From Rhynchopus sp. YZ270_cl-10 (taxonomy: Eukaryota), in contig OZ037840.1 in the NCBI GenBank assembly GCA_964035575.1, forward strand, positions 682,001 through 746,000: DNA of 64,000 bases, read 5' to 3'. The first letter of the stretch is position 1, and each line of letters opens with the position of its first letter. Both the position numbers and the translations under genes were made by a program. Positions 11,331 through 23,537 of this stretch are shown here, piece after piece. The notes beneath the pieces are model-generated. The model did no database searches and was not told where the DNA came from. It saw nothing but the letters and a program-made list of their open reading frames with translations.

Positions 11331-12683
11331 CAATGGTGGGCATGAGTCGAATAAAACAACATTTTTATGTCTTTTTTTTTCTAAGTAAGAGAAAACCGAA
11401 TGGAGTGGGAACGCTAGTGAGAGCGCAGCGGAAACGATAGTGGGAACGCAACGAGCTTTTTTCATAATGTTTTATTCTTCCCCACAAAATATCACGCGCA
11501 GAGAAACACTCGTTTTTCACACAGCGCGTCCGTTTGTTTGTTTTTCTCAAACGACACCTTTTTTCAAAATTTTTTATCCCCGGTATCACATATGATACTG
11601 ATTTCCATGGATACACATGAAAAGGAGTTCCGTGCTATTCACAGAACTCGATAGGCGATTGAGCTTATCTAACAACAACCAAAACAAAAGAAAGTACAAA
11701 GAAGAGAATAAAAAATGCAGGAAAAATAGACAAAGAGAAAAACAAAGAGATTTTGACAAAGTGAACAATAAAATCTCTTCAATTTACAACAACTTCTCCC
11801 ATTCCTACTTCCTTTTAAATTTGCATGAAAGGGCTGCTTTGTGCTGCAATAATATAGCTTTATTTTTCCCGCTCCACTCTAAATTGTATGGCTACTTTAA
11901 TCTACTCCATCAAATAGCTATTTTGAGAAACATCACAAGCAACAAAAGTGGTTTGTATCATGTTCATAAGTAATCTCACCAACGTTTCTTCTTTCTTTTT
12001 GCCAAAGGAAATGGAGCAGTGTTTAGTCTTGTGACACTGGGCGTGTGCACTATGTTCATCCAACAGGTTAGACCTATTGAACCCATTGGTCTGGGAGGGT
12101 TTAGGGTTCTTGTTTCTCTCAATTCTTGTAAGACGTGTGTGCACGAGAGGTACATTCATCTTACAAGTTTTCTTATTTCTCTCAATTCAGTCTTGAACGA
12201 CGTCGACAGACGTTTGTACTTTGTGTGATTTAGTGAGGAAGCGTTCCACATTTCAACCCCTCTCCTGTTTCTGTGAAATCCTTAAACTGTTTGGGCAGCA
12301 CGCAGCCTAGAAGAGAGCATCGCTCATCATGGCACGATGCTGCTGGGTTTCTTCGCTTTTAGATCGGGTGTGCCGTCCGCATGTGAGAGTCCCTCGGCTG
12401 TGGATTGCTAAACGTGCATGCACAGCGGGACATGTCTTTTTGGTGAGTTTCTTCTGCATGACTGTGCGCGAGGTGCTGGCTCAACCCCGCCTTGCTGACC
12501 CGTCTTTTATTCAGCATGGGACTGTGTCTTGCACTCGCATGTGACTGAGGGGTGGTGTCTCGCATCGTGGTGCAAACATGGGAACTGACCGCCTTTACTC
12601 TCCCCCTCACTCACCCAACACTTATTTTACAGTTGCCTTTTTTGGTTTTCTTGTTCTTTTGCCCTTCTGATTCTCCGTCAACT

Positions 12684-13394
12684 ATGACGCAAGAGGTCGA
12701 TATGAAAGCCATGCAGCCTGTGCAGCCTGCATACCATGCCGCCACCGGGAACAGCCTCCCCGTTGCCATGCACACCGACTTCTTTGTTGAGCGCTCCCGC
12801 AGCTGTGCCTGCCCGAACAGAAACATCCTGAAGTACACCGGGAAGGAGAAGGGCAAGCCTGAGACAACGTTCACGCACGACTACTCTGAGGGCTTCTGCA
12901 GGGAGATGGGACCACGCAAGATGCAGGTCACGGAGAACGGGCGGGTTGTGGCGGTGTTTGAACGTTTACGACACCAACTGTGTATATGCGCACAGGAGGA
13001 TGCGATGGTTGATGTGTTTCTTGGTGCAGTACCGTCACCTCAAAGCCATATTGCGCACATTGAGCTGCAAAAGCCACTTGACCTCTGCTGTGGTGGGTGT
13101 GGTGGTACAGAGGAGATCCGTGTGCAGGATATACAGACGAAGCAAAGCTCTGTGATCCACGCGGAGCACTGCTGCGGACGGCTGGGCACTATGACTGGTA
13201 CAGGGTCCCTTGCAGGCCTGCGCATCTCGAGTGAGCACACCTGCATCGGCTTCGGAAGTGACTACCACGTCGATGCAGCGCGCCGCCCAGTCACAGACAA
13301 CGAAAAGCTCTCGATCCTTGGCCTCGTCATGGCCGCTGACTTCTACGTCATCACCGTCGCAAGCAACAATAACGGCGGGAATGTAGGGCATTAG
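12684..13394 (+). CDS. Scramblase/Tubby-like protein, copy 3
   Basis: Paralog starting MTQEVDMKAMQPVQPAY. Confidence 0.75.
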   Translation: MTQEVDMKAMQPVQPAYHAATGNSLPVAMHTDFFVERSRSCACPNRNILKYTGKEKGKPETTFTHDYSEGFCREMGPRKMQVTENGRVVAVFERLRHQLCICAQEDAMVDVFLGAVPSPQSHIAHIELQKPLDLCCGGCGGTEEIRVQDIQTKQSSVIHAEHCCGRLGTMTGTGSLAGLRISSEHTCIGFGSDYHVDAARRPVTDNEKLSILGLVMAADFYVITVASNNNGGNVGH

Positions 13395-14184
13395 GACATC
13401 CTAGTGTCCTAATGCTAGTTTAAGCACCAAGCCTTACTCGGGGGTATTAGAAGTCCCCAAAAAAAGAAAAATAAATCTGACAAAATAGTGCATTCCTGGG
13501 GGAGCTGAACAAGACGTACCATAATATTATCTCTTATTCACTTTACGAACAAAAATGCCATTCCGAGTGAACAAGGGAGAGACATGGTATCTCTTATTTG
13601 GCTCCCCAATAAAGGGACGAAAAAGTACGAAAATTGTGCTCCACTATACGTTCTGTACTTCAGGTAAACCCATAAAGTGAATTTGTAAGTAATTTGCGGA
13701 AGCGAATACCCAAACAATTTTTTCCCTCTCCCCGTTTTGCAGTCTTTTGCAACACGCAAACAGTAACGAGTCTCGCGCATTTGAGGATGACTAAGCACAC
13801 GATTCTTTGATTCATCGTAAACCCACGTTAAAACTACCGTATTCGTAAAAATGTTCGACCGTAAAAAAAGGTCGAACTTCCTGAAAATGTTTGAAAAGGT
13901 CGAACATTAGTAAGGTCGATAATGTCACAGATCATCATAGGGGTGAGGTTCGAGTGCACGATTCTTTCGTGCCACACATTCTTGGATGATCACCCCGAGG
14001 AGATTGTCCGGCAGTTCGTTGGGAATCGGATTATCCCTCTCCATTATGCGAAGGATGTCCTCGACTTGACATTACGTATGGGTAGCATCAATTTTTTGGG
14101 GCTGTTGTGGGCAGAATTTTTTTTCAAACACATTTTCCGTTTCCCCCCGCTCCTTTTTTTTTTTGGACCTAGAACCCTGTTTAA

Positions 14185-14469
14185 AGGGGGGGTGGGGGAT
14201 AAAACAATTATCCCCCGTTTTTTCTCCCCCCATTTTGTTTTATTTTATCCCCCACTACAGTTATCCCCCATTTCCCACACCGCGTTTTTGGTGTGGATTT
14301 TCCTTGGGGTGGGGATATTCAGATGGGAAAAAAGATATATATATTTTTTTTTTATCCTCCACTACAACTATCCCCCATTTTTTAAGAAGAAAAAACTGGC
14401 GATATTTTTTATTTTATCCGCCATTCTACAGTTATCCCCCACTACAATTATCCCACCCCCCCCCCCCCT
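14185..14469. mobile_element. TTAA-flanked MITE with purine termini (Kolobok-like?)
   Basis: TTAA|AGGGGGGGTGGG..GATAA ... TTATCCCACCCC..CT|TTAA; internal CCACTACA.TTATCCC repeats. Confidence 0.55.
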
Positions 14470-14702
14470 TTAAACACCATTCTTATGCTTTTTTTTCTTA
14501 ACAACTTCTCCCATTCCCACTTCCTTTTAAAACAATGTTAAAACAGAAATGGAGCAGTGTCAATGCGATAGTGGAAGCCCCTGCTGGGTGTGTGTCTGTT
14601 GTTTTTTATTGATTTATAGGAGTGATATAAATGGCCGCAGGGTACTTTCATCCGGATGGCTGGCATCGTACATGGGTCAGTCAGAGGTGCCTGCATCAAC
14701 AA

Positions 14703-15389
14703 CATGGGTGTTCCGTATTACGGGGGTTTTCGGGGGAAAATCGGGTCCGTATTCCACTATTTTTCTTTGGCTGGGCTTCCCCTTTGGGGGTCAAAAACAG
14801 GGTCAACCCACCCCAAAACTGGTCTTATTTGAATTTTTGGTGACCCGAGCGTTCAGCGGTGGTACTATAAAAAAATCTGGCGTGCATAACTGCACAGTAC
14901 ACAGTACACAGTACACAGTACACAGTACACAGTACACAGTACACAGTACACAGTACACAGTACACAGTACACAGTACACAGTACACAGTACACAGTACAC
15001 AGTACACAGTACACAGTACACAGTACACAGTACACAGTACACAGTACACAGTACACAGTACACAGTACACAGTACACAGTACACAGTACACAGTACACAG
15101 TACACAGTACACAGTACACAGTACACAGTACACAGTACACAGTACACAGTACACAGTACACAGTACACAGTACACAGTACACAGTACACATATACTGTGC
15201 AGTTATGCACGCCAAATTTTTTTATAGTACCACCGCTGAACGCTCGGGTCACCAAAAATTCAAATAAGACCAGTTTTGGGGTGGGTTGACCCTGTTTTTG
15301 ACCCCCAAAGGGGAAGCCCAGCCAAAGAAAAATAGTGGAATACGGACCCGATTTTCCCCCGAAAACCCCCGGAATACGGAACACCCATG
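14703..15389. mobile_element. Palindromic element: 197-bp inverted arms around (CACAGTA)42
   Basis: Arms 14703-14899 and 15193-15389 differ at only two positions seen. The paralogous intergenic site at ~9870-9890 is empty. TCAACAA occurs on both sides, with 5 extra nt on the right. Confidence 0.9.
14893..15186 (+). repeat. (CACAGTA)n microsatellite, 42 units
   Basis: Perfect 7-mer tandem array. Confidence 0.98.
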
Positions 15390-16145
15390 GTTGTTCAACA
15401 ACCACAGTTTTTTTTTTTTTTTTTGTAACATCACAAGCAAGGTTTGTGTCACATTAATAAGTAATGTCATCAACATTTCTCCTTTTTATAACGTTCCTTC
15501 ACAAAGGAAATAGAGTAGTGTTTAGTCTTGTGACACTGGGCGTGTGCACTATGTTCATCCAACAGGTTAGACCTATTGAACCCATTGGTCTGGGAGGGTT
15601 TAGGGTTCTTGTTTCTCTCAATTCTTGTAAGACGTGTGTGCACGAGAGGTACATTCATCTTACAAGTTTTCTTATTTCTCTCAATTCAGTCTTGAACGAC
15701 GTCGACAGACGTTTGTACTTTGTGTGATCTAGTGAGGAAGCGTTCCACATTTCAACCCCTCTCCTGTTTCTGTGAAATCCTTAAACTGTTTCGTCATGAC
15801 ACGATGCTGCTGGATTTCTTCGCTTTTAGATCAGGTGTGCCGTCCGCATGTGAGAGTCCCTCAGCTTTGCTAAACGTGCATGCGCAGCGGGACATGTCTT
15901 TTTGGTGAGTTTCTTCTGCATGACTGTGCGCGAGGTGCTGGCTCAACCCCGCCTTGCTGACCCGTCTTTTTTTTTCAGCGTGGGAACTGTGTCTTGTACT
16001 CGCATGTGACCGAGGGGTGGTGTCTCGCATCGTGGTGCAAACATGGGAACTGAACGCCTTTACTCTCCCCCCTCACTCACCCAACACTTATTTTACAGTT
16101 GTTTTTTGTTTTCCTTCTCGTTCTCTTGCCCTTTTTCCGTCAACT

Positions 16146-16853
16146 ATGACACAAGAGGTCGATATGAAAGCCATGCAGCCCCACCCTGTGCAGCCTGCAT
16201 ACCATGCCGCCACCGGGAACAGCCTCCCCGTTGCCATGCACACCGACTTCTTTGTTGAGCGCTCCCGCAGCTGTGCCTGCCCGAACAGAACCCTCCTGAA
16301 GTACACCGGGAAGGAGAAGGGCAAGCCTGAGGCAACGTTCACGCACGACTACTCTGAGGGCTTCTGCAGGAACATGGGACCACGCAGGATGCAGGTCACG
16401 GAGAACGGGCGGGTCGTGGCAGTGTTTGAACGTTCGCTGCACCAACCGTGTATATGCGCACAGGAGGATGCGATGGTTGATGTGTTTCTTGGTGCAGTAC
16501 CGTCACCTCAAAGCCACGTTGCGCACATTGAGCTACAAAAGCCACTTGACCTCTGTTGTGGTGGGTGTGGTGGTATGGAGGAGATCCGTGTGCAGGATAT
16601 ACACACGAAGCAAAGCTCTGTGATCCACGCGGAGCACTGCTGCGGACGGCTGGGCACCATGACTGGTACAGGGTCCCTTGCAGGCCTGCGCATCTCGAGT
16701 GAGCACTCCTTCATCGGCTTCGGAAGTGGCTACCACGTCGATGCAGCGCGCCGCCCAGTCACAGACAACGAAAAGCTCTCGATCCTTGGCCTCGTCATGG
16801 CCGCTGACTTCTACATCATCTCTCTCCAGGGTGGCAATAGCGGCGGGAATTAG
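16146..16853 (+). CDS. Scramblase/Tubby-like protein, copy 4
   Basis: Paralog starting MTQEVDMKAMQPHPVQPAY. Confidence 0.75.
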   Translation: MTQEVDMKAMQPHPVQPAYHAATGNSLPVAMHTDFFVERSRSCACPNRTLLKYTGKEKGKPEATFTHDYSEGFCRNMGPRRMQVTENGRVVAVFERSLHQPCICAQEDAMVDVFLGAVPSPQSHVAHIELQKPLDLCCGGCGGMEEIRVQDIHTKQSSVIHAEHCCGRLGTMTGTGSLAGLRISSEHSFIGFGSGYHVDAARRPVTDNEKLSILGLVMAADFYIISLQGGNSGGN

Positions 16854-17251
16854 GGCCCTATGTGACGAGGAACCCCTGGCATCCCAGTGTCCTAATGCTA
16901 GTTTAAGCACCAAGCCTTACTGGGGGGTATTAGGACTCCCCCAAAAAAATTAATCTGACGAAAAAGTGTAATACTGGGGGAGCTGAATATAGAGAGACAT
17001 GGTATCTCTTATTTGGCTCCCCAATAAAGGGACGAAAAAGTGCGAAAATTGTGCTCCACTATACGTTCTGTACTTCAGGTAAACCCATAAAGTGAATTTG
17101 TAAGTAATTTGCGGAAGCGAATACCCAAACAATTTTTTCCCTCTCCCCGTTTTGCAGTCTTTTGCAACACACAAACAGTAACGAGTCTCGCGCATTTGAG
17201 GATGACTAAGCACACGATTCTTTGATTCATCGTAAACCCACGTTAAAACTA

Positions 17252-17352
17252 CCGTATTCGTAAAAATGTTCGACCGTAAAAAAAGGTCGAACTTCCTGAA
17301 AAATCTTGAAAAGGTCGAACATTAGTCCGGTCGATATTTTTTACGAATACGG
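17252..17352. mobile_element. ~100-bp MITE (CCGTA termini); truncated copy near 13837
   Basis: CCGTATTCGTAAAAA...TTTTTACGAATACGG with internal GGTCGAAC repeats. Confidence 0.6.
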
Positions 17353-17611
17353 GACTTCTTTTTTACCTTTCTTTCCCCCCACTCCAGCGTTTTTTGGTGA
17401 CATAGTGCCTGATTGATAACAGATTAAAATTTCTACTTTATTTTTCAAATATCCTGTAAGAGGGTTTACAAACTTTGCCCCTTTCCCCCTCCCAGCAGTA
17501 ACTTGCCTAATTACCCTGCGTCTCCAATGATCCCCGTTCATCTCACTGATGAGAGGAAGCGGGCGGGGCGCATATGTTAACCTCCAAATAGAAGTGGGGA
17601 CTGCATGGTTA

Positions 17612-17702
17612 CAGGACGACCCAGTGACAAGTGGCAAGTGAAAATGACAAGTGAATTACCTACAGCCCAGTGTAAAGTTACTTGTTATTGAGTCCCGTCG
17701 TG
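17612..17702. mobile_element. Small TA-flanked imperfect inverted-repeat insertion in hairpin module A
   Basis: TA|CAGGACGACCCAGTGACAAGT...ACTTGTTATTGAGTCCCGTCGTG|TA; absent from the duplicate region near 22020. Confidence 0.55.
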
Positions 17703-18258
17703 TAGGGTCCCAGCCCCATCCCTACTGGGTCACGCTCCAAGTACATTGTCACAAGAGGGCTTTGTATTTCAACTTACATTTTTTCTCTTTTTTGCGATAA
17801 CGAATGTGATCAAGGTGACTAAACACGAGAGGCTTAGGATCATCTCATAAACTTTTCTTTTTATTTTTTCTTTTGTTGCCTTTCCCCCAATGTCTCTCTT
17901 CCCCCCAATCTACACTTAGTTTCGCCGTGCTACACACTTCTCCCATCACTTCAGTAACCCCACAACACGCACTCTATGTTTCCCCCCTTTATTACTATTC
18001 CCAAACCCGAATCTTTAGCTCCTGAAACCCCTCCAAAACAAGAACAAAAATAAAACAAAGTTGAAACAAACTTTTTCAAAACATTTTCAAACTCCCCCCT
18101 GTCGCCTTTCGGACCCAAGGTGCCCTTTTGTTTTAAACAAAAAAGAATTTGATTGGTTTGTACTAAGTCTCATTACTAGTAAAAACCCCCCTCTCGCCTT
18201 CTCCATAAATACCATCACCACCACCAGATAACAGACCCCCAAAACACAATAGGTCGAT

Positions 18259-19170
18259 ATGCAAGTTGTGCATCCCCAGCCCCAGCCCTACCCTGTGCAG
18301 CAACACCCGATGCAACACCACTCCCAGCCCTACCCTGTGCAACACTACCCGGTTCAGCAACACCCCATGCCTGTGCAGCCCCAGCCCTACCCTGTGCAAC
18401 ACCACCCTGTGCAGCCCCAGCCCTACCCTGTGCAACACCACCCTGTGCAACACTACCCGGTGCAGCAACCCCCTATGCAGCACCACCCCCTGCAGCCCCA
18501 CCCTGTGCAGCCTGCATACCATGCAGCCAACGGGAACAGCCTCCCCGTTGCCATGCACACCGACTTCTTTGTTGAGCGCTCCCGCAGCTGTGCCTGCCCA
18601 AGCAGCACCCTTCTGCACTACACCGGGAAGGAGAAGGGCAAGCCTGAGGCAACGTTCACGCACGACTACTCTGAGGGCTGCTGCAGGGAGATGGGACCAC
18701 GCAAGATGCAGGTCACGGAGAACGGGCGGGTCGTGGCGGTGTTTGAACGTTCGCTGCACCAACCGTGCATATGCGCACAGGAGGATGCGATGGTTGATGT
18801 GTTTCTTGGTGCAGTACCGTCACCTCAAAGCCACGTTGCGCACATTGAGCTGCAGAAGCCACTTGACCTCTGTTGTGGTGGGTGTGGTGGTACGGAGGAG
18901 ATCCGTGTGCAAGATATACAGACGAAGCAAAGCTCTGTGATCCACGCGGAGCACTGCTGCGGACGGCTGGGCACTATGACTGGTACAGGGTCCCTTGCAG
19001 GCCTGCGCATCTCGAGTGAGCACACCTTCATCGGCTTCGGAAGTGGCTACCACGTCGATGCAGCGCGCCGCCCAGTCACAGACAACGAAAAGCTCTCGAT
19101 CCTTGGCCTCGTCATGGCCGCTGACTTCTACATCATCTCCCTTCAGAGCAACAATAACGGCGGGCATTAG
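18259..19170 (+). CDS. Scramblase/Tubby-like protein, copy 5, with expanded Pro/Gln/His/Tyr-rich N-terminus
   Basis: Same core domain preceded by ~75 aa of PQPYPVQHH-type repeats. Confidence 0.75.
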   Translation: MQVVHPQPQPYPVQQHPMQHHSQPYPVQHYPVQQHPMPVQPQPYPVQHHPVQPQPYPVQHHPVQHYPVQQPPMQHHPLQPHPVQPAYHAANGNSLPVAMHTDFFVERSRSCACPSSTLLHYTGKEKGKPEATFTHDYSEGCCREMGPRKMQVTENGRVVAVFERSLHQPCICAQEDAMVDVFLGAVPSPQSHVAHIELQKPLDLCCGGCGGTEEIRVQDIQTKQSSVIHAEHCCGRLGTMTGTGSLAGLRISSEHTFIGFGSGYHVDAARRPVTDNEKLSILGLVMAADFYIISLQSNNNGGH

Positions 19171-19257
19171 GGCCCTATGTGATGAGGTACCCCTGGCATC
19201 CTAGTGTCCTAATGTTAGTTTAAGCGCCAAGCCTTACTCGGGAGTATTAGGACTCCC

Positions 19258-21778
19258 CAGGGTTTTTTCTAGGGGGGGACTAGGGGGTCCGACTCCCATG
19301 TAAATTTTTGTCCATTTAATTATTTTTTCAACATTCGGCCATTTCCCGGGCACCCCCGGGCGAATCCTGCCCCCAAAATAACATATCTGGGCCCTGTGGG
19401 CCTGAATTCACCCTCTACGTACCCCAAAATATAAAAAAAATTGAAAAATATGGTCAAAAATCGGTTTTTTGTCCTTAGGCGAAATGTCCGGTTTTCACTA
19501 AAAAACCGTTTCCCGAAAAAAAAATCAAAAAAACCCCAAAAAATAGACGAAAAAAGTCGTCTCTGGACACAATTTCGACGGAAATAAGTGGGATGAGTCA
19601 AATGCAACCGGTTTTTCACCCTTTTGACAATTTTGCGACGCTTTTTTTGCGTTTTTTTTGTCCTTGGAACATCCTTGGAACACCCCATGCGTTTTTTCAC
19701 GTAAAAACACAAAAAAACGTCGAAAAAGGTGTCAAAAGGGTGAAACTCCGTTTTCAATTGACTCAAAACACATTTTTGGACCGAAATTGTGTCCAGAGAC
19801 GACTTTTTTCGTCTATTTTTTGGGCTTTTTTTTGATTTTTTAGAAATTTGGTCAAAACCGGCTATATTGCCCACAAGGCCAAAATAGCCTATTTTTCACC
19901 ATTTTTTTCAATTTTTTTTATATTCTGTGGTACCTAGAGGGTGAATTTAGCCCCACAGTGCCCAGAAACCCTATTTTGGGGGCAGGATTCGCCCGGGGGT
20001 GCCCGGGAAATGGCCGAATGTTGAAAAAATAATTAAATGGACAAAAATTTACATGGGAGTCGGACCCCCTATAGGGGGGGACGGGGGGGGACGGCGTCCC
20101 CCCCCAGATTTTGGGGGGAAACGCGTCCCCCCCCGGGGGGGGACGCATTTTGACTTGGGAAAAAAAGGATATGGGGGGTGGTTGGGGTCACCCGCACAGA
20201 CCCCCATTTGGGACACCACGTGCGTAACCCGCACCAGAAAAAAAGGGGAGGCAGGGAGCCGAGCGCGAAGCGCGTCTTATCCCCTTCCTGGCATCATTGT
20301 GAAGAGGATATAGCGAGGTGAAGTTTCAGACCGTGCCCCCAATTCACTCAATCTTTGCACCATTTGACGGACCGAACAAAGAGTGAGAATAAGGGATTGG
20401 CAAAACTAAAAAAGTAGCGTACCGTGCGCCTGCGGCGCAACTCAAAACTTATGAGCGGAATCCCACAGCCCTCTACCATAGTTTGGCTGTACAAATGTTC
20501 AATTTTAGGTCACAATTTTTTGAAATGTTGCGTACCGTGGCTTCGCCAGAAAGTTCTGATATGACCGCCGTTTCTTCTTGTACTGAGGGAAGGTTCCGTG
20601 GAACATGAGAAAAAGGGTTGGTTTGGTTCTTGATGTACGTTACCATCCCACGTTATCACGTATTTACGTGAATTGAACGGGCTTTTTTGCGCGGAGCGCG
20701 AAAATTTTTGACCCCTTTTTGGACATATCTTCACGGTTTTGGAAAAATTTTCCATGAAGATAAGCGGAAACCCTGCTTCAGGGGAGTTTAAAATATCGGT
20801 TTACCGGTTTCAAAAACCGAAAAATTCGGTTTGAGGATTTTGAAAAAAAAAAAAAAAAAAAGCTATGGAAAATCTGGATTTTTGAAAAAAAAAATTTCCT
20901 CGTAACAGGGTTTCTGTCCAGAAAAATCCTGTTTTTGCAGATAATGTGACCCCACCATTTGACGGACGGAGCTCGGAGAAGCCAAACATGAGTGAGAGAG
21001 GAAGGGGAAGTGAGGCCCTGGGATAACCCCATCCCTCAAAAATTCCTTAACAATCTGTGTTGAGGTTTTTAAGGTTGCTTTTGCTACGCACCCTGTACCT
21101 ACACCCCCCCATACGGGGTCCACCAAAAATAGACATTTCACGCAGAGGCACCAAAGTGTTTAGAAACGTGCGTTCCTTAAGGCAAAACGGGCGTTTTTCA
21201 CCGAAAACCACGAGTTTCAGCCCAAAACCCGGGTTTTTGGGCCCAGACCCGTGTATGTGGCGCCGGAAACGCACTTGCGGGGTACCGAAGGTGGGCTGCG
21301 GTTTGTAACCACTCGTTGCGTTGCTTGGGTTCCGTTCGATGCATTCAGATCGGTTGAGTTGTGTTGGATGCGTTCGTTGCGTTCTGTTCGTGGGTGCCTG
21401 TTCGTTTCTGTTCAGATCTTTGCTTACATCAACCACCATCAAGAGGGAGCGTTAATGATCAGCAAAACTAAATTCTTGCTATTTACAACCCGCCTCAAAA
21501 ATTCACTTTTTGTAAGAAAATGTTATAAATAGGAACAGAAATCGAAAAAAGTTGTTAAGGGATGAAGGGTGGGGGTGAGGCCCGTGGGGGGGCGAGAAAG
21601 CTCGGAATTCGCTTTTTTTTGCCCAAACCGATTTTTTACCTCAAACCGATTTTTTTGAAAAAAATCCAAACTTTTAAACTCCCCTGCCCTGCTTGCACCT
21701 GCGGAAAAAAATTTTTTTTTGGGTGGTTTTTTTGCGTCCCCCCCAGATCTGAAAAAAAAAATCCTAGAAAAAACCCTG
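19258..21778. mobile_element. 2.5-kb non-autonomous TIR element, CAGGG termini, 5-bp TSD
   Basis: 16-bp TIR CAGGGTTTTTTCTAGG; CTCCC at 19253-19257 and 21779-21783. Empty sites follow copies 3 and 4 (~13455, ~16936). Internal inverted duplication ~19283-19420 / ~19930-20068. Confidence 0.85.
20779..21686. mobile_element. hAT-like non-autonomous element nested in the 19258-21778 element
   Basis: 15-bp TIR CAGGGGAGTTTAAAA; 8-bp TSD CCCTGCTT at 20771-20778 and 21687-21694. Confidence 0.85.
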
Positions 21779-22049
21779 CTCCCCCAAAAAAAGAAAAATA
21801 AATCTGACGAAAAAGCGCATTACTAAATCAATGGTAACAACAGTTGTATGGTAATAATAGCTGTAAATTTATATGTTAACGACATTGGTAGGTGAACACG
21901 TTCCTCCCAGCAGGAGCTTGACTATTACCCTGCGTATCCAATGTTCCCGTTCATCTCACTGATGAGAGGAAGCGGGTGGGGCGCATATGTTAACCTCCAA
22001 ATAGAAGTGGGGACTGCATGGTTGGGGTCCTCCCACCCCCCTCCCTACT

Positions 22050-22250
22050 CATAGTGTGCAGACGAACCAAAAGTTCGTCGATGTTCGTCCTGGGGGGAAG
22101 AAAAAAATGGTTGGTCAATGTTCGTCGATGTTCGTCGTGACGAACATCGATGAACGTTTGGTTCGTCGTCCTTATAAAAAGTAACACTTTTGGTTCGTCG
22201 ATCTTCGTCGACGAACATCGACGAACCAAAAAGTTCGTCTGCACACTATG
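22050..22250. mobile_element. 201-bp MITE with 6-bp TSD
   Basis: 18-bp TIR CATAGTGTGCAGACGAAC; CCTACT duplicated; empty site at ~17720; internal TTCGTCGA repeats. Confidence 0.85.
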
Positions 22251-22374
22251 CCTACTGGGTCACGCTCCCAAGTACATTGTCACAAGAGGGCTTTGTATTT
22301 CAAGTCAGGCATATTGCTAACTTTTCCGAAAGTGGAAAAAAGCAAAACGGCGACACTTTCTTTTTTTCCAGGCC

Positions 22375-22405
<31 letters not shown>

Positions 22406-22829
22406 ATCCCCCCCGTTGAAAGCGGTCGTCGAGCCAGAGGGCATTATATAGCCCCCCTAGCCTCCACCAAAAAGGTGGTTTTGTGTGGTAGTCATTTTTT
22501 TCTGTGCGGAAAACTCAGCGAAAAATTTTCTGGGTAATTTGTGATCCACGGCCAACCCACACCACCCCAACCTTGCGGGAAAGCCTCCCCTACTCTGTGC
22601 AGCCTTGGTAGCTTTCAGCCACTGGTGATCCGGAATCCGTAGTGGGTGTCAGCCTTATTATCGGTAACCTCAGTACATTTACAAGAAACGGTGGCCATGG
22701 CACCCAAAGGTTCCTGGCGAAGCCGCTTTAGCGTATTGTTTTTCCACTAACATCACTCACATTCATCAGTGAAAAACACAAACCCTTTGCGGTGCGATAA
22801 ATGAAAAAGTGTTTTCTTTATTTCATTTA

Positions 22830-23537
22830 CAGTGCGGCGCCATATTACGGTGGCGCAATATTACGGGTGCGCGATATTACGGGGCGCATAATTATGGGTA
22901 AAAAATGGATTTACCCATAATTATGCGCGCCCGTAATGAAACTTTTTTTTTTTTTTTTTTATAGAAAAATTGTTGGAATGGTAGTTGCCACCTGTGCAAG
23001 CTCCACTGTGCGTCGTAAAAACCTCGAAAATATTGCGTGTCGTGGCGAACATTTCAACAATTGTGACATAAAAAGCAGGAGGCAACACGATTGGGTGAAG
23101 TCATCAATGTTACATCGACGAGGAAAGCCCCCAGTTGCACTTCCTATGGCAGTGTGGCAGATCTCTTGTCCCAGCACCGTGAATCCTTCGTGTGCCATCC
23201 GCCTTCACCATCAGGACGTCTGCTGAGAAGGAAGAGAAGGCGAATCGGAAGCTTCTGCTGAGGGAGGAAATTGCCAGTTTGCTGTCCTTGGAGGATGGGC
23301 AAGCCACGAAGAGGCGCCGGTGTAGGAGTTGCGGTGGCAGAGGAGACAAGGCGGCAGAGTGTCAGACGCCTGGGAGGAGAGTGACATGTGTGAGGTCATC
23401 CACAATGGATTGTGAAGAAATTTTTTTTGAAAAAAAAAAAGTTTTATTACGGGTGCGCAATATTACGGGGCGCATAATTATGGGTAAATATTGGAGTTAC
23501 CCATAATTATGCGCCCCCGTAATATGGCGCCGCACTG
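22830..23537 (+). mobile_element. Tc1/mariner-pogo(Fot1)-like internally deleted element
   Basis: TA|CAGTGCGGCGCCATATTACGG...CCGTAATATGGCGCCGCACTG|TA. Internal remnant KRRRCRSCGGRGDKAAEC resembles the C-terminal zinc knuckle of Fot1/pogo transposases. Confidence 0.8.

Noticed and set aside
13644..13665. TTCTGTACTT resembling the euglenozoan spliced-leader exon
   Set aside because: Only ~10 nt match; the rest of the SL exon and SL RNA structure is missing.
14549..15405. ORFs with HSTQYTV / YCVLCTV repeats
   Set aside because: Translation of (CACAGTA)n and the palindromic arms.
17545..17560. CTGATGAG as a hammerhead ribozyme core
   Set aside because: No stem II followed by GAAA, and the motif is buried in a simple hairpin.
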